Below, one piece after another: positions 41,550 through 54,843 of a DNA stretch of 64,000 nt. The notes beneath the pieces are model-generated. The model was not told the origin of the DNA, ran no database searches, and saw nothing but the letters and a program-made list of their open reading frames with translations. This stretch comes from the human T2T-CHM13v2.0 reference genome, Homo sapiens. Positions within the stretch are counted from its first letter, which is position 1, and each line of letters begins with the position of its first letter. The stretch lies in NCBI RefSeq assembly GCF_009914755.1, contig NC_060933.1, one strand, 5' to 3'. A program made the position numbers and the translations under genes.

Positions 41550-42970
41550 TTTTTAAAACTAAACTTTTAATTTTAGACTTACAGAATTATTGTGAAGGTA
41601 ATACAGAGATGTCCTGTATACCACAAACCCTGCTTCCCTTATTATTATCTTACACTGGTACAGCATATTTGGGAAAATTAATAAACCAATAGTGAAATAT
41701 TATTATTAAAGTTTATGTTTTATTAATATTCCCTCAGTTTTCCCTTAATGTCCTCTATTGTTTGTTTGTTTGTTTTAGAATTCCATCCAGGATACCATAT
41801 TATGGCTAATAGTGATATCTCTTTAGGTTCCTCCTAGTTGTGACAGTGTCTCAGATTTTCCTCTTTTTTTTTGATGAACCTGACAGTTTCATGGAGTACT
41901 GCCAAGTATTTTTTGTAGAATGTGTCTCAATTGGGATTGATGTGATAGTTTTTCTCATTATTAGACTGAAACAACATATTTTTGAGAGAAAGTCTACAAA
42001 GGTAAAGTGTCATACGCATCACATCATATCAAGAGTACATACTATCAGTATGTCTTATCACCTTGATCACTTGGCTTGAGGTAATGATTGTCAGGTTTCA
42101 CCACTATAAAGTGATTCTTTTTTGTCCCTTTCTTTTCCCACTTAAGACATGGAGCTACATGCTACTACATTAAAGGATAGATATTTGTAATTAAAGGCAA
42201 ACTATTACACAAACTATCTGTAATTCTTCTGCAAGGAAGTTTTGTTGCATATCCCTCATATATTTATATATTCAATTATTTATAACAGTATGGACTCATG
42301 CATACTTATTTTATATTTTGGATTATAATCCAATACTACCTTACTTTTTGACCAAATGTTCCAACTTTGATTATTGACAACTCTTTCAGTTGGTTACTCT
42401 ATCCCTTTGACATAATCCCAACATCGTGTGTGTGCGTGTATGTGTGTGTATGTGTGTTGAAGTGTGTTTTAGAACTTTCTTACTTTCTAACACTTCAGAA
42501 TTCTGCAGGCTCATCTTGTATATGTTCTGCCCTACTAGATGTGCTCCTTGCTACTGAAGTGTGTTTTGCTCATCTGATATAATCCCTGCCTTTGCCCTAG
42601 AATCAGCCATTCCTTCAAAGAGTCCTGGTTTCTTTTTTTAGAAAATGGTATTAGAAACCAAAGTTTGAGTGATAGGTGCATTCATGGCTACTGAGATGTC
42701 ATTGCTTCTAGGCCCTCTCAGCTGACAGAGAAATAAAATGAAAGTATAATATATACTAATCTCCATATATACACGTTTGTAATTTTTCTATATAATCTGC
42801 ATTTTGATACTATTAAGCTAAATATGAATTCATACTGCAGTCTTCACCTCTGATCCATGACTATACAAATCATTCTAGCCTCTTCCCTTGGTTATCTGTA
42901 ACATTTTATCTTAGCAATGAGTAATCTGGCCCCCACCATTTGCATCCATAAACATAATTGCTCGATTCCC
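41550..42970 (-). mobile_element. L1MC/MD long 3' UTR
   Basis: ttttagacttacagaattattgtgaaggtaatacagaga...aatcagccattccttcaaagagtcctggtt...gcttctaggccctctcagctgacagag. Confidence 0.8.
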
Positions 42971-43965
42971 TTTTTTTCAGCTTCTTATATTTGTACATCT
43001 AGCTCTCTAACAAGACCAAGAAAGTTTTAATTGATTATTCCCTGAAATATATTTTCCAAACTTTTAGATTTCTCTTCTTCCTTGGGAACACTAATTATTC
43101 TCAGGTTTGGTCATTTAACATAATCCCAAAATTCTTGGAAGTTTGCTCATTTTTAAAATTATTTTTTCTTTGTCTTTGTTAGATTGGATTAATTTAAAAG
43201 CCTTGTCTTTGAGCTCTGAAGTTCTTTCTTCTACTTCTTCAATTCTATTGCTGAGACTTTCCCATGCATTTTGCATTTCTCTAAATGAGTCCTTGATTTC
43301 CAGAAGTTGTGATTGGTTTTTCTTTATCTTATCTATGATGTCACTGGAGATTTTTCTATTAATATTCTGTATCTTTTTTTAATTCCTTTAAGTTGAACTT
43401 CACCTTTCTCTAGTGCCTTCTTAATTGGTTTAATAATTGACCTTCTGAATTCTTTTTCTAGCAATTCAGAGATTTTGTCTTGGTTTGTTTGGATCCATTG
43501 CTGGTGAGCTAGTGTGATCTTTCAGGGGGTAGTAAGAAACCTTGTTTTGTCATATTACCAGAATTGTTTTTCTGGTTCCTTCTCATTTGGGTAGACTGTG
43601 TCAGAGGGAAGATCTGGGACTCAAGGACTGCTGTTCAGATTCTTTTGTCCTACAGGGTGCTCCCTTGATGTGGTGCTCTCCTCTTTCTCCTAGGGATGGA
43701 GCCCCTGAGAGCTGAACTGCAGTGACTCCTATTTCTCTTCTGGATCTAGCCACCCAGCAGAGCTAGCAGGTGCTGGACTGATACTGGGGAGTGTCTGCAA
43801 AGAGTCCTGCAATGTGATCCATCTTCAGGTCTCTCAGCCATGAATACCAGCACCTACTCTGGTGAAGGTAGTAGGGGAGTGAAGTGGATTATGTGAGAGC
43901 CCTTGGTTGTATTTTGTTAAGTGTGCTGGTCTTGTGTTGGTTGGCCTTCAGCCAGGAGGCGGCAC
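42971..43965 (-). mobile_element. isolated L1PB-type 5' UTR/ORF1 N-terminal fragment (no ORF2 or 3' UTR)
   Basis: ccttgtctttgagctctgaagttctttcttctact...ggatccattgctggtgagctagtgtga...cagagggaagatctgggactcaagg. Confidence 0.8.
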
Positions 43966-45839
43966 ATTGTTCACACTCCCATTGAACATCTCTAATAAAG
44001 AAGGAGTCATGCTTTATAAGACAGAACATTTCATTCCTGAAATCTATTATTTTTAGAAAAAAAGCTCCTTTAGTTATTTCAATACCATTTCATAGTAATA
44101 GCATTCATCATCCCCCATTGGTCCAATTCAATATTAGGATTAACACTGAATTTATCACCCATAGTAACTTTCTCCCAGAAACTTCTGACATCTATTTCCT
44201 TTTAGTCACAAATATCCCCCAATATCTCACTTCATCAATAAACTATTCCTCATCTATGTATTTAATCTACTTTGTCCATAGCCTACTAGCATGTGAAATT
44301 CTCCATTATAAAAGTAAATAAACAGATAATCCTTCTTCATTCTGTACTCCACTCAAGCAGTCATTTTTAATGCTTTTCTTTGGACTATTATCCTCTAAAA
44401 TGGTTTTTTTTTTTAAACTACTCTACTTTTTAAGGTTTTTATCCCTTATCCCATCCAAACACAGAATTGATTAAAAATTATTTTTCTAAGTCCACTAATG
44501 TTTTCTAATTTCAAATCCATTGAACAGTTCTCTTGACCTTTTGGTGACACTTGATATTACAGTGCCTTACCTTTGTCTTCTTAATGCCATGCTCATCTGG
44601 TGCGTTTCTGGCCTGTTTGACCACTACACTTATCAAACATTTCTTTTGACTTTCCAGATCATTCTTTCCCATTAATTAATGATGTCACCCATGAATTTTT
44701 CATTATTTCTCTCATTTGTTCAATCTACATGTTCTTGGCCAATTCATCTACTCTTGGGGTCACATTAGCTACAAATCTGACCATCCTTTCACCTATGCTG
44801 CTTCTCAATATCACCTTGTTGAGCTTGAAATCAACATAAACAAGCTCTTCAAAAGTATCATGACAGTGGCTGGTTATGTATCATTGTCACCACAAAGCCA
44901 ATATTTTCAGGATATGCCTCATTGTCTTCCCTTTTACATCTCCTTCTATAGCATTCTTTCTCACTCTCTGGTCTACTAACCTTATGTCCCCATGTGCTTC
45001 TCACTCTGGTATTAGTGTCATCAGACATCGGAGTCAGAAGACCAGGAGTTATCTAGGAATAATAAATCCTCTTTCTCTGCCTAACTTCTTTAGAATCAGC
45101 CATCGAGTTTGTTTGCTCCAGCTTGGGGAACCAGATTTTCTTGTGGCCCATTTTCTTCCTTGGCAAATGCCAAAACCTTGTTTTGTCTTCCAATTCCCTC
45201 TGCAGTTTCTGTCGCAGGTATTAGAATGCTCTTCTCCAGATCTCTGAGGCAGCTCTCAGGCCCAAAAGCTAGTGGCAGAGCAAGGTGTTAAATGCCAGAC
45301 CCTCAAACAAAACCTGTCTAATCTGTAAATTCCCGGGAGATTTCATATTCACATGTTACCATGAAGTTCCTTTGGGGGTCGGGGGAGAATAAGTTAACCT
45401 TTCTCTGAATGAATATTTGATTAAAATAATTTTAGAGACATTTAAAAATTTAACGTGAAAAAGAATTTAAAAAGTTTCAGCCACAAAAAGTCACTTCAGT
45501 TGTCTTGACAGCACTAAGTGAATAATTTGACCTGAAGAGATGAGGGGGGATAAGTAGCTTCACTTAATACAGTCCTCTTCCCCCCACCCTTGAGACAGCA
45601 CATTAATCAGTCTCCGTTGACTGTCTCCTTTCTCTGTTAAATAACACCTGTACCAAAATGTGAGATGATGCATGTGTTTCATATCTAGAAGAGATGACTC
45701 CAGATAGGAAGTTCATGGAGAAAGTATGCAATTATAAGTGTGGTCTAAGGAGACTCAGGTGCGTGTGAGAATGCTGAAGTTTTATTTTGTTGTTGTTGTT
45801 TTAACTAATTCCTTGGAAATCTTGGAACATCTACTATCA

Positions 45840-45995
45840 ATTAATCTAGCTGGAACAGACCTTTCAGAAAACTTACTCTAAACCCCTGATTTTACAAGTG
45901 AGAAACTGAGGCCCACGGAGATAAGTGATAGTGATGACATGAGAAACTCAGATCTTCTCATTCTTATCCCAGCAAACAATTCACTAAACCCTGTC
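45840..45995 (-). mobile_element. MIR
   Basis: attttacaagtgagaaactgaggcccacggagataagtga. Confidence 0.75.
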
Positions 45996-46282
45996 ATTTG
46001 GGTAAATAATAGCATTCTATTTATGATCTATTTTCTCAGCATATAATCTTTACTCTATTTCTTGCCATTTGGCCTCACTTTATTGAAAGGGCTCTCTTAC
46101 GTTAATGCCATAGTTACCAAAGTCATTTATACTTTTTGAACATCTTGAACAATTTACACAGTGGATGCCCACATTTTTCAAGATAGTTTCTTCTGTGACA
46201 ACCAACTACGTTAGATACAAAAAAAATAAACAAAAAAAAACTACTTTGGTGCTGGTCTTTTTAAAATCCCTGTTCCTATATT

Positions 46283-46496
46283 CAGTAGTGTGCTAGCAAA
46301 GGTTTAACAACTGGCTGTCTGGGGTGGTGAGAAGAGAAGGCTGATTTGTGGTGTTTGCTGATGTTCATGATTTAAATACTCCCACCATGGCCTAGTTCAA
46401 GCTACCAGTGTCATTCGTTAGTAAAAATAGAGTTAAGAAGAACTGTGTAAAATTCACTCAGGTAAGCCTGGGCAAGCCAGGTTTAGTACATCATTG
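46283..46496. mobile_element. MER63-like hAT-Blackjack MITE
   Basis: termini cagtagtgtgcta / tagtacatcattg; internal aaatactcccaccatggcc..ttcaagctacca. Confidence 0.8.
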
Positions 46497-47039
46497 CAAT
46501 CATCTACGTTCAGTCCTTAGATTTCTCATTTTTCCCCTTGTTTCATGAATCCATTCCTTTACATAGTTATTAGCTTTATTTAAATGACTACCATCTATCT
46601 TTCTTCAGTCCAGAACTTCTCTTGAGTTTCTGTGGAGCATTTTTACCCACTATTAGCTATACACTTTAATTTAAATTTGCATGTTACTGGAATTTTTGTT
46701 CTCCCTCACAACTCTGCCTCTTCTAATTTGTCATTTTCTACATCATCAACTTTCTGATCAATGACATTAGAGATGCCACACCCTTCACTCTTGATTTTTA
46801 TGCATCCCTGCCCTGACATCTAACCAGTACCTAGGCAATATTAAATCTACATGCAGATTAACTGTTGCATTCGAACTCTCTTTTCCTTGACTTATGAGCC
46901 TAAGATTATTTTGATCACTGAAATGGAACCTAAAATATTCTCCTGAGTCAAACATCTCCTTTTGCAAATGTGCTATTCACATTCTTATGAGCCAGCTTTT
47001 ATAAAGGTGAGAACATTCCATTTTCCACTGAATGTTCAC

Positions 47040-47594
47040 TTAAATCAGATACAATGCACCATGATCTGAAACATTGTGGCTAAGTTCTCTGCCTAGGATA
47101 TCACAAGGCTAACATCAAGTTTCTCCAAACTGAGTTTTATTCTGTAACATCTGTATAGAAACACACACACACACACACACACACTGATAGAAAGACTCTC
47201 TTCCAATCTCATTCTGGTTGTTCACAGAGTTCAGTTCCTTGTATTTGTAGAACTGAGGTCCCAGTGTACTTGGACGCCAACCAAGTGTGCTCTCAACTTT
47301 CAGATGCCACTTGCATGTCTTGCCACATAGCCACCTCCATCTTTAAGCTAGCAACAGTGCATGACATTATTCTTATGCCTCAGAATCACTGACTTCTTTT
47401 TCTGCCACCAGCCATGTCAGGTCCATCTAGATAATCTCACTATTTTAAGGTCAACTGATTTAGGACCTTAATTACACCTGAAAAATCCCATCACTATAGT
47501 ACCTATAGTGGTATTTGACTGAATAACTAGGAGAAGGTGTATGTGTATCAGAGGTCCGGATTCTTGGGAGACTATTCGATTTCTGACTACCACA
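47040..47594 (-). mobile_element. MLT1D/E MaLR LTR containing (CA)n at ~47161-47184
   Basis: ttcagttccttgtatttgtagaactgaggtccc...attttaaggtcaactgatttaggaccttaattaca...ctgactaccaca. Confidence 0.8.
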
Positions 47595-48104
47595 GTATCT
47601 GTTAACCCTTTGCTTAGAAATTTTTTTTTCTTTTTCACATTTCCTTGATATCCTTAATTCAGAACTTCAATATCACTCAATATGGAGGCTCTTCCTTCAC
47701 AATCCTAAAATCCCACTCTCCTTTTCCAATACTGTTTATCTTGGATCCTTACTTGTTTTATTCACAGTAATTATCAAAATTCATAATCATTTTATTTGTT
47801 TGCTTGTTTCTACTGTCTTTTTCACTCCCACTAGATGCAAGTTCCATGAGCACAAATAAAGTGTGTTGTTCAGCAATATATAATTAGTACCTTACACAGA
47901 AGACTCTTAATAAATTTGTCCAATGAATTATTAACTGCCTTAATAACTTAATTTACAATAAATTAGTTTATTGAGTTATCTGATACATGACGATGACTTT
48001 AAAGGCCTGAGTAAATATTTTGAAGGACACTGTCACTCTTCATAAAATGTTCCCCATGTCATCTGAAATTGACCCTACTGAGGGCAAGAGTTAACTACCT
48101 CTTT

Positions 48105-49100
48105 TTTCTCTTTTCTATTTTCATTGTGGAAATTTTCAAATATACACAAAATAGAGACAGTAGTATAATGAAACTTAAGGTACTCATAATTCACCTTCAA
48201 TAATTATAAATATTTTGCTAATCTTGTGTCATCTAAATTCTCAACTTTTTTCTAAAGCATTTTAAACCAATCATAGACAACAAGTAATTTCTCTTATAAA
48301 TTCTTTGCTGTGTTTATCTATTATAACAAGGACTAACAGTGACAAAGTATCTTCTTAATATCATTTCTTATTATCTAATACCCAACACAAGCGCAAATAT
48401 GTTTTATTGTTGGCATGCTTGATTCAGAATACAAATAAGTTCTACATATTCCATTTGTTATGTCTTTTAAATTTCTTTTACTCTATGATAAAAGTTTCTA
48501 TTTTTAAAATAACATCCATTGATTATTTGTCTTGGTTAATATTTCACCTTCCAAATTTGCCTTACTTCTTCCTCTATCTATTTTCTCTTCTTATGTTGGT
48601 TCTTTCTATTCTGTTGCCATTGTTCCTAGGGTTATAAGTAGACAGACCTAGAAATTTTTTTAAGAAAAAGTATGATGAATTGATATATTTCCAATTAAAA
48701 TTAAGAATTGAGCATTTAACATAATTGTTTGATTTTAAACCCCTGTCATGTATCTATTATGTTTGCTCTCTAGATTTCTAATATTAAAAATACAATATTA
48801 ATTATTTACATATACATGCATATAGATGTATATGCATGTATATCTGTGTATATGTATATAGGTATACATACACATACTATATATAATGGATATATAATCA
48901 CCTCAAGAAAGCATCATCAATATTACTGCTAATAAGACTAACAAATGTAGTTTAAAGATTAATTAATTTTTATTGTCATTAGTTATATATATATCATCAG
49001 AGATCAAATACGTCAAAATTCGGTGCTACTCTGTTGCAATGCCACCAACTTGATAAGCAGTCTGATTCATTTGTTAAAAATGTTTTCATTTATTTCCTGT
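48105..49100 (-). mobile_element. old L1MC/ME 3' end
   Basis: gaaattttcaaatatacacaaaatagagacagtagtataatgaa. Confidence 0.6.
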
Positions 49101-49129
49101 TTAAATTAAATTTTCTTTGATTTTCCATT

Positions 49130-49617
49130 CTGTTTTGAGGTATAATTGACAAATATGAATTTTACATTTTTAACATGTACAACTGGATGTTTTGATATAT
49201 TTATACATTGTAAAATGATCACTGCAACCAAGCTAATTAATATTTAATCATCTCACATAGTAACTATTTTATTTTTTTGTGTGTGTGAACAATTAAGATG
49301 TATCCTTTAGCAAATTTCAAGTACACAGTGGAGTATAATTTACTGTAGTCATCATGCTGAACAGTATATCCAGAATTCACTCATCTTGCCTAACCTTTTA
49401 ACTAGCATCTTCTCATCTTCCCCCGTCCCTGCCCCAGCAACCACCATTCCAGAATGCGCTTCTGTGAATTTGATTATTTTATATTCCACTTATGAGTGAG
49501 GCCCTGCAGTATATTTGTCGTTCTCCATGTTATCTCGCTTATTTCACTTAGCATAATGTTTTTCAGGTTCACTTATGTTCCCATGAATAGTAGGATTTCC
49601 TTCTTTTTTTAAGGTTG

Positions 49618-49668
<51 letters not shown>

Positions 49669-50350
49669 TTTAAATTGTGTATATATTTAAGTATATACAT
49701 TTTCAAATTATATATATAGTCACATTATAGTTATATTTTCAAGTAGTGTATCAAATTGTCTTTATTCATCTTTTGAGGGATCAATAGGTTGATTCTATAT
49801 CTTGACTATAGTGAATAATACTGCAATAAACATGGGAGTGCAGAAATCTCTTTGACGTACTGATTTCAGTTCCTTTGGATATATACTCAGTAGTCGGATT
49901 GCTGGATCATATAGCAGTTTTATTTTTAATTTTTTTAGAAATCGCCATACTGTTTCCATAATGGCTGTACCAATTTTCCTTCCTACCAACAGTGTACAAG
50001 GGTTTCTTTTTCTCCAGACCCTTTCTAACAATTGTTATCTTATCTTTTTAATAATAGCTATTCTAAAAGGTAAGAGGCGGTATTTCAAAGTGGTTTGGAT
50101 CTGTATTCCTCTGATTATTAGTGAGGTTGAGCATTTTTTCTTTTATCTCTTAACTATGTCTATATCTTCTGAGAAATGTTCAGTGAGGTCCTTTGTTCAT
50201 TTTCACTCAAATTATTTATTTATTTATTTTGCTGTTGATTTATATATATTTGTTATTCATTTTGGATATTAACCGCTTATCAGATACATGGTTTACAAAT
50301 ATTCTTTCTCATTCTGTAGGTTGCCTTTTCCCTTGGTTTATTGTATCTTT
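49130..50350 (-). mobile_element. 5'-truncated L1MA9-like element containing (TA)n at ~49621-49664
   Basis: gaggtataattgacaaat...agcaaatttcaagtac; ORF 49795-50031 resembles the ORF2p C-terminus (TVWRFLKKLKIKLLYDPAI). Confidence 0.85.
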
Positions 50351-50888
50351 TTCCATCTTAAGGTCTTTGAGGAAAAGGAGAATTCATAAAATATTTACAT
50401 GATTACAAATTGAGAAAAGTATTTTATTATTTAGAAAGTATTTCATTCCTTGTCCATTCCTCCACTTTGTTTCCTCCCTGACCCTATGCTTAAGCATCTT
50501 TATTAGATTTGCTTTATCCTTTATTATTTCTCTCCCTGTGTGTGTTTGCTTACCTGTGCCTGTGCACATGTGCACACATTTATGTGTTTCCCTCTTAAAC
50601 ATATAGAAGGTAGCTCACTTGAAATACTAACCAGGACCTCCCTTCTACTCACTTACTTAACAATATATGTTGGAGATATTCTGTAGTTTCTATGAAGAGA
50701 TTTTATTTATTCTTTTTGTACATTTTTTGTAGTATTCCATTATAGAAAGGTCATGGTGTATTTAAGCAGATTATTACTGAAGGATTCGTGGGTTGTTTTC
50801 ATTTTCTTGTAATTGCAAGAAAAATAAAATAAGATGCAATAAAAGATACATCTACATGACATTTTTATATTTCAACAGTTTAACTCAT

Positions 50889-51192
50889 TTTTTTTTAATT
50901 TTAATTCTTTTTAGACAGGATGTCACTCTGTCACCTAGACTGGAATTCAGTGGTGCAATCATAGCTCACAGCAGCCTCAACCTCCTGGGCTCAAGCAATC
51001 CTCCAGCCTCCATCTCCTGAGTAGCTGGAACTACAGGTATGTGCCACCACTCCTGTATAATTTTTTTATTTTTTGTAGATATAGAGTGTCACTATGTCAC
51101 CCAGGCTGGTTTCAAACTCCTGGGCTTAAGTGATCCTCCTGCCACGGCCTCCCAAATAGCTGGGATTATAGATGTGAGCCACTGTGCCCAGC
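50889..51192 (-). mobile_element. AluJ (Jo-like)
   Basis: caatcatagctcacagcagcctcaacctcctgggctcaagcaatcctcc; degenerate TSD tttaactcatttt/gttaaccaatttt. Confidence 0.92.
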
Positions 51193-53299
51193 GTTAACCA
51201 ATTTTTGATAAAGCTGTTGTGAATTGTTCCAAAACTCACTGGATCTTCTCTTCCCCCTACCTTTTCAAATGTACCTTCCTTTCCAGGGAAGGATGTTTTC
51301 CTGCTATGCCATGTGAGCTCTCTGTAAAGTCCCCCTTCAAGGTCTTTAATACAGGCAGAAATTACTTTCTCTCACCCATCTATCTAGCCGTATTACATTC
51401 ATCATTCAGTTCACACAGTGCACTTCTGCTTTTTCATTTATTGTTCCATGAACAATTCATCTACTGTTGCATTCTTTCTTCTTTGAAATTGCATCACAGG
51501 ATTACTTCTCTTGGAATATAATCAGGAACTATCCTATAGTTTTATTGAGATGTGGCATATGTCAGTATCATATTATTACAATAAAATACTACATTCCTGG
51601 AAAGCAGAAGCCATCACTTTTTGTATCACTCATAACTCTATCATTGGATTGATTACAAGATAAACATGTAATAAAAATACTTACTGAATTGAACTAAATC
51701 AAATTGGGTTAATTTTCCTGGATCATCAATATTGTTTGAGGCATGATATAGAATTATTCTACTTGGAGCAAACATGTCTTTCTAAAACACGAAGTAGAGT
51801 GGAACTTTAAAAATGATTTCAAAATATATTCCTTAACCAGAAAAGAAAACAATAGGCATATAAACAGAGAGATGGGTCACAACACAACCCTGGCAGGGTG
51901 GAAAAAAGCTCTTCATCTCCTAACTTGTTCATGAGTCAAGTGGTCTTTCCAAATCATATTTTTAAAATTATGTTTAAGAAAACTAGCATAGAATTTCTAA
52001 ATCCCTCAGGCTTCTGAGTCTCCATTGTCAGTTCCTGAAGTAACTAGAAAACCTGCCAAATCTGACCTTCTTTAAACAACATACCTCTATTTTTTCCAGA
52101 GGAAAACTGTAAAGATCAAGTCACAGCTGCCTGTATTACCTAATTAAACAAGTGTAAGAAAGCCGAGAAAGGTCAGGTTGTCAAAAATCATTGCTGTATC
52201 TTTACTGGATTGTATTTAACGACTGATTGCTGCAAAGAAAATAACCCAATAAGGTGTATGAGCCTGGAATAGTAAATAAACTCAAGGGTCAGACTTCTGC
52301 TTGGAACATAGCAAAAGATTTGGAGATAAAAACCTAGGAAACAAACAAAGGGAAATGAAAGGGAGAGAGTGTGTGGTGAGTAAAACAAACAGCTGATATT
52401 TATATGGAAGAAGTTCCATGGGCTAAGTTCAAAGAAGAAACAGGACATAATTACAGATGAGAGTTTATTAACTTTATTTATTTTCTGTTTAAATCCTGGA
52501 GCAAAAATGATAGGTGTGTATGTGAGATGGTGCAAGAGGAGGATATGCAAGAGAATTATGTGATAAAGCTAAAACAGAAGAAAGGGAAATTAAATATTTT
52601 AAATAACTGAAACATGTTTAGTCAGGTATGGGGGATTTTTTAGTTACCTATACAGGCTCAGAACTTCCTAGGTTGCATGTTTATTTGAGGGGCCTTATAG
52701 GCATCTTGTTTCTCCTCCACCCATCCTTTCACTATGAGTTGAAGTTGTAGAGACTTCTAAATAGCTTACCCCAAGGAACTAAAGTACAAAACGATTGCTC
52801 CAAATTAGCAGTTTCTTCATTGAGAAAGGAAGAAGTGGAAATATTCTTTTTTTCCTCAAGTCTACTTTCCGTTTGAAACATTGTAGACATGGGCCCATTG
52901 GGAAATTCTGTGTTCTAGTTAACCTCTGAGTGTAATTTTCAGTTCAGTAAACTTTGGTCTATTTTTAAACTCTCTCCTGAATCTCTGAGGATGTTGTGTA
53001 GTCTGAAAGATAGACTCTGTGGCCTCTGGGAATGAACTGCTCATATTTGGTAAGTGAGCTGAAATATACATGTATGTATTATTTAAGAATACTTATATAT
53101 TCAAAGGAAAAATATACAAAGGCATAACTTCATAAAACCAATATGTATGTATGTAATATATTCATGTGTGTTTGTGCATCTGTGTATAATTAAAATATTT
53201 TTAAATATAATCTATCAGATGTCCTCAGGTCTTTTTTTCTCAATGATATCATTTAAATATTTATGAGATAAGCTATAATAGAATCTATAACTTGTAGCA

Positions 53300-54560
53300 A
53301 CAGAATGGAATACATTTTTATTACTGTGACAGATGAGAATTCAGCTTTTTCCCTCAATCCTCAGAATGGCACGGATGCCATCTCACCATGAACAACTGAC
53401 AATGCATTTAAATAGTGCACCATTGCAAGTATAATTGCAATTTGTTGTAATTTCTGCTTAAATTCCTCCCTGACACAGTTGATTTATTTTGCAAATCAGC
53501 GCATCTAGAGAGTATACTGTGTCGCATTATGGGCCTTTGATATAGAACCTTTGTTTTATAACAGGGAAAATAATTAGCTTTTGGATAAGCTTGAGTTGCG
53601 ATGTCAGGCGCTATCCGTGGTGCTGAAAGAAGTTATTAGCGCTGAGCTAATGAAGGCACTCAGCCAGGCTCTGCCACCTTACTAATTTGTCTCTTTGGGA
53701 TTTTAGCAAACATTAAAAATGAGATAAGCAAAAAATAGGATAAATTTTATAGGAAAACTAGTAAATTTGTTGATAGAGTCTACTGAGACCCCGATAAAGC
53801 CAAATTTAAGAGAAATTTTTATTTAACCAGATGTTTGCCATTCAAACACGAGTTTCCTTAGTGTTGGTAATAAAATTGCTTAGACATATTTTAATTAACT
53901 TTTATATAGGTTTCTCTACGTGAAATCTTACAGCATTTTGGAAATAATCAGCAAGTTGCAATGTCAGCATTCGTTGTATGCCAAATAAGGCTCTAATTTC
54001 AGGATACTCTCTTTGAGACTGCAAAGTAGATTTGTATCAAAGGCAAATATTATATAAGAGGTAATTTTAAGTGATTGATTGTTGGTTTTAAGGTGTAATA
54101 TTTCACCTAAGAGTAATCTATGCTTATCTACTTTCATCTTTTGAAATTGTTAAAATAAAATCTAATTGTTGAATACCTCATGCTCCCTTTTTCTTGATAC
54201 ATTGGAACTTGTTTGCATTGCAACCAGTAGCATGTTTCACTTGGTGCTGGTTAGGGGAGCATTTAGCGTCAGATCTAAAGAAGATCATCACCAGCTGGTT
54301 ATTTTATACTCTTATTAGGTTGTAAAATAGCACTCAGGTATATAACAGTAATCACAAAGCTGTGATGCTGGGAAAAAATAATCACGTTAAATTGACCTTC
54401 ATGAATAACAAGTGACGTTCCATTTCGCTTCATTTCTGTTCATTTTAAAACCAGCATTAGCTTTTCTGGCACATAATTTTTCATTGTTTGCTGAACACAG
54501 CTCTATTAGAATGATTCACTGTCTTTAATATTAGTGATTATGTTCCATTTCAATTACACA
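53300..54560. promoter_or_regulatory. candidate conserved cis-regulatory element
   Basis: no recognisable repeat, retained CpGs, RE1, TGATTTAT (53480), CCTTTGAT (53534), CCTTTGTT (53548), TAATTA (53571), GATAAG, TGACA/TGTCA. Confidence 0.5.
53607..53627 (-). promoter_or_regulatory. RE1/NRSE REST-binding site
   Basis: reverse complement TTCAGCACCACGGATAGCGCC matches the canonical TTCAGCACCACGGACAGCGCC at 20/21 positions, with the canonical 2-nt spacer. Confidence 0.85.
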
Positions 54561-54801
54561 GTGTGTTATATAGTTTGTTATATTGCTCTCCATATCTCTG
54601 CTATTTGACTCTACTGGGAAGGATTAAATGTAGCAGTGGTGGTAAGAAGTTGGGGTTCTGTGGGTGGTAACGAACCCCTGTAAACATTTACAAAGTCATG
54701 TATAGAAAGTTTCAAATATACGTATGCTTTTCAAAATTGCAAGCTTTTCAAAATTGCAGAATGAGATACCTTTTCATGTCACTTGGCATTAATACATGAA
54801 T

Positions 54802-54843
<42 letters not shown>

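Noticed and set aside
47492-47510. cactatag-tac-ctatagtg hairpin, and micro-duplications at ~19389, ~41263 and 54726
   Set aside because: Short local slippage or quasi-palindrome events, mostly inside decayed repeats; no sign of function.
53367-53380. NFI site TGGC-n-GCCA
   Set aside because: The spacer is 6 nt rather than the canonical 5.
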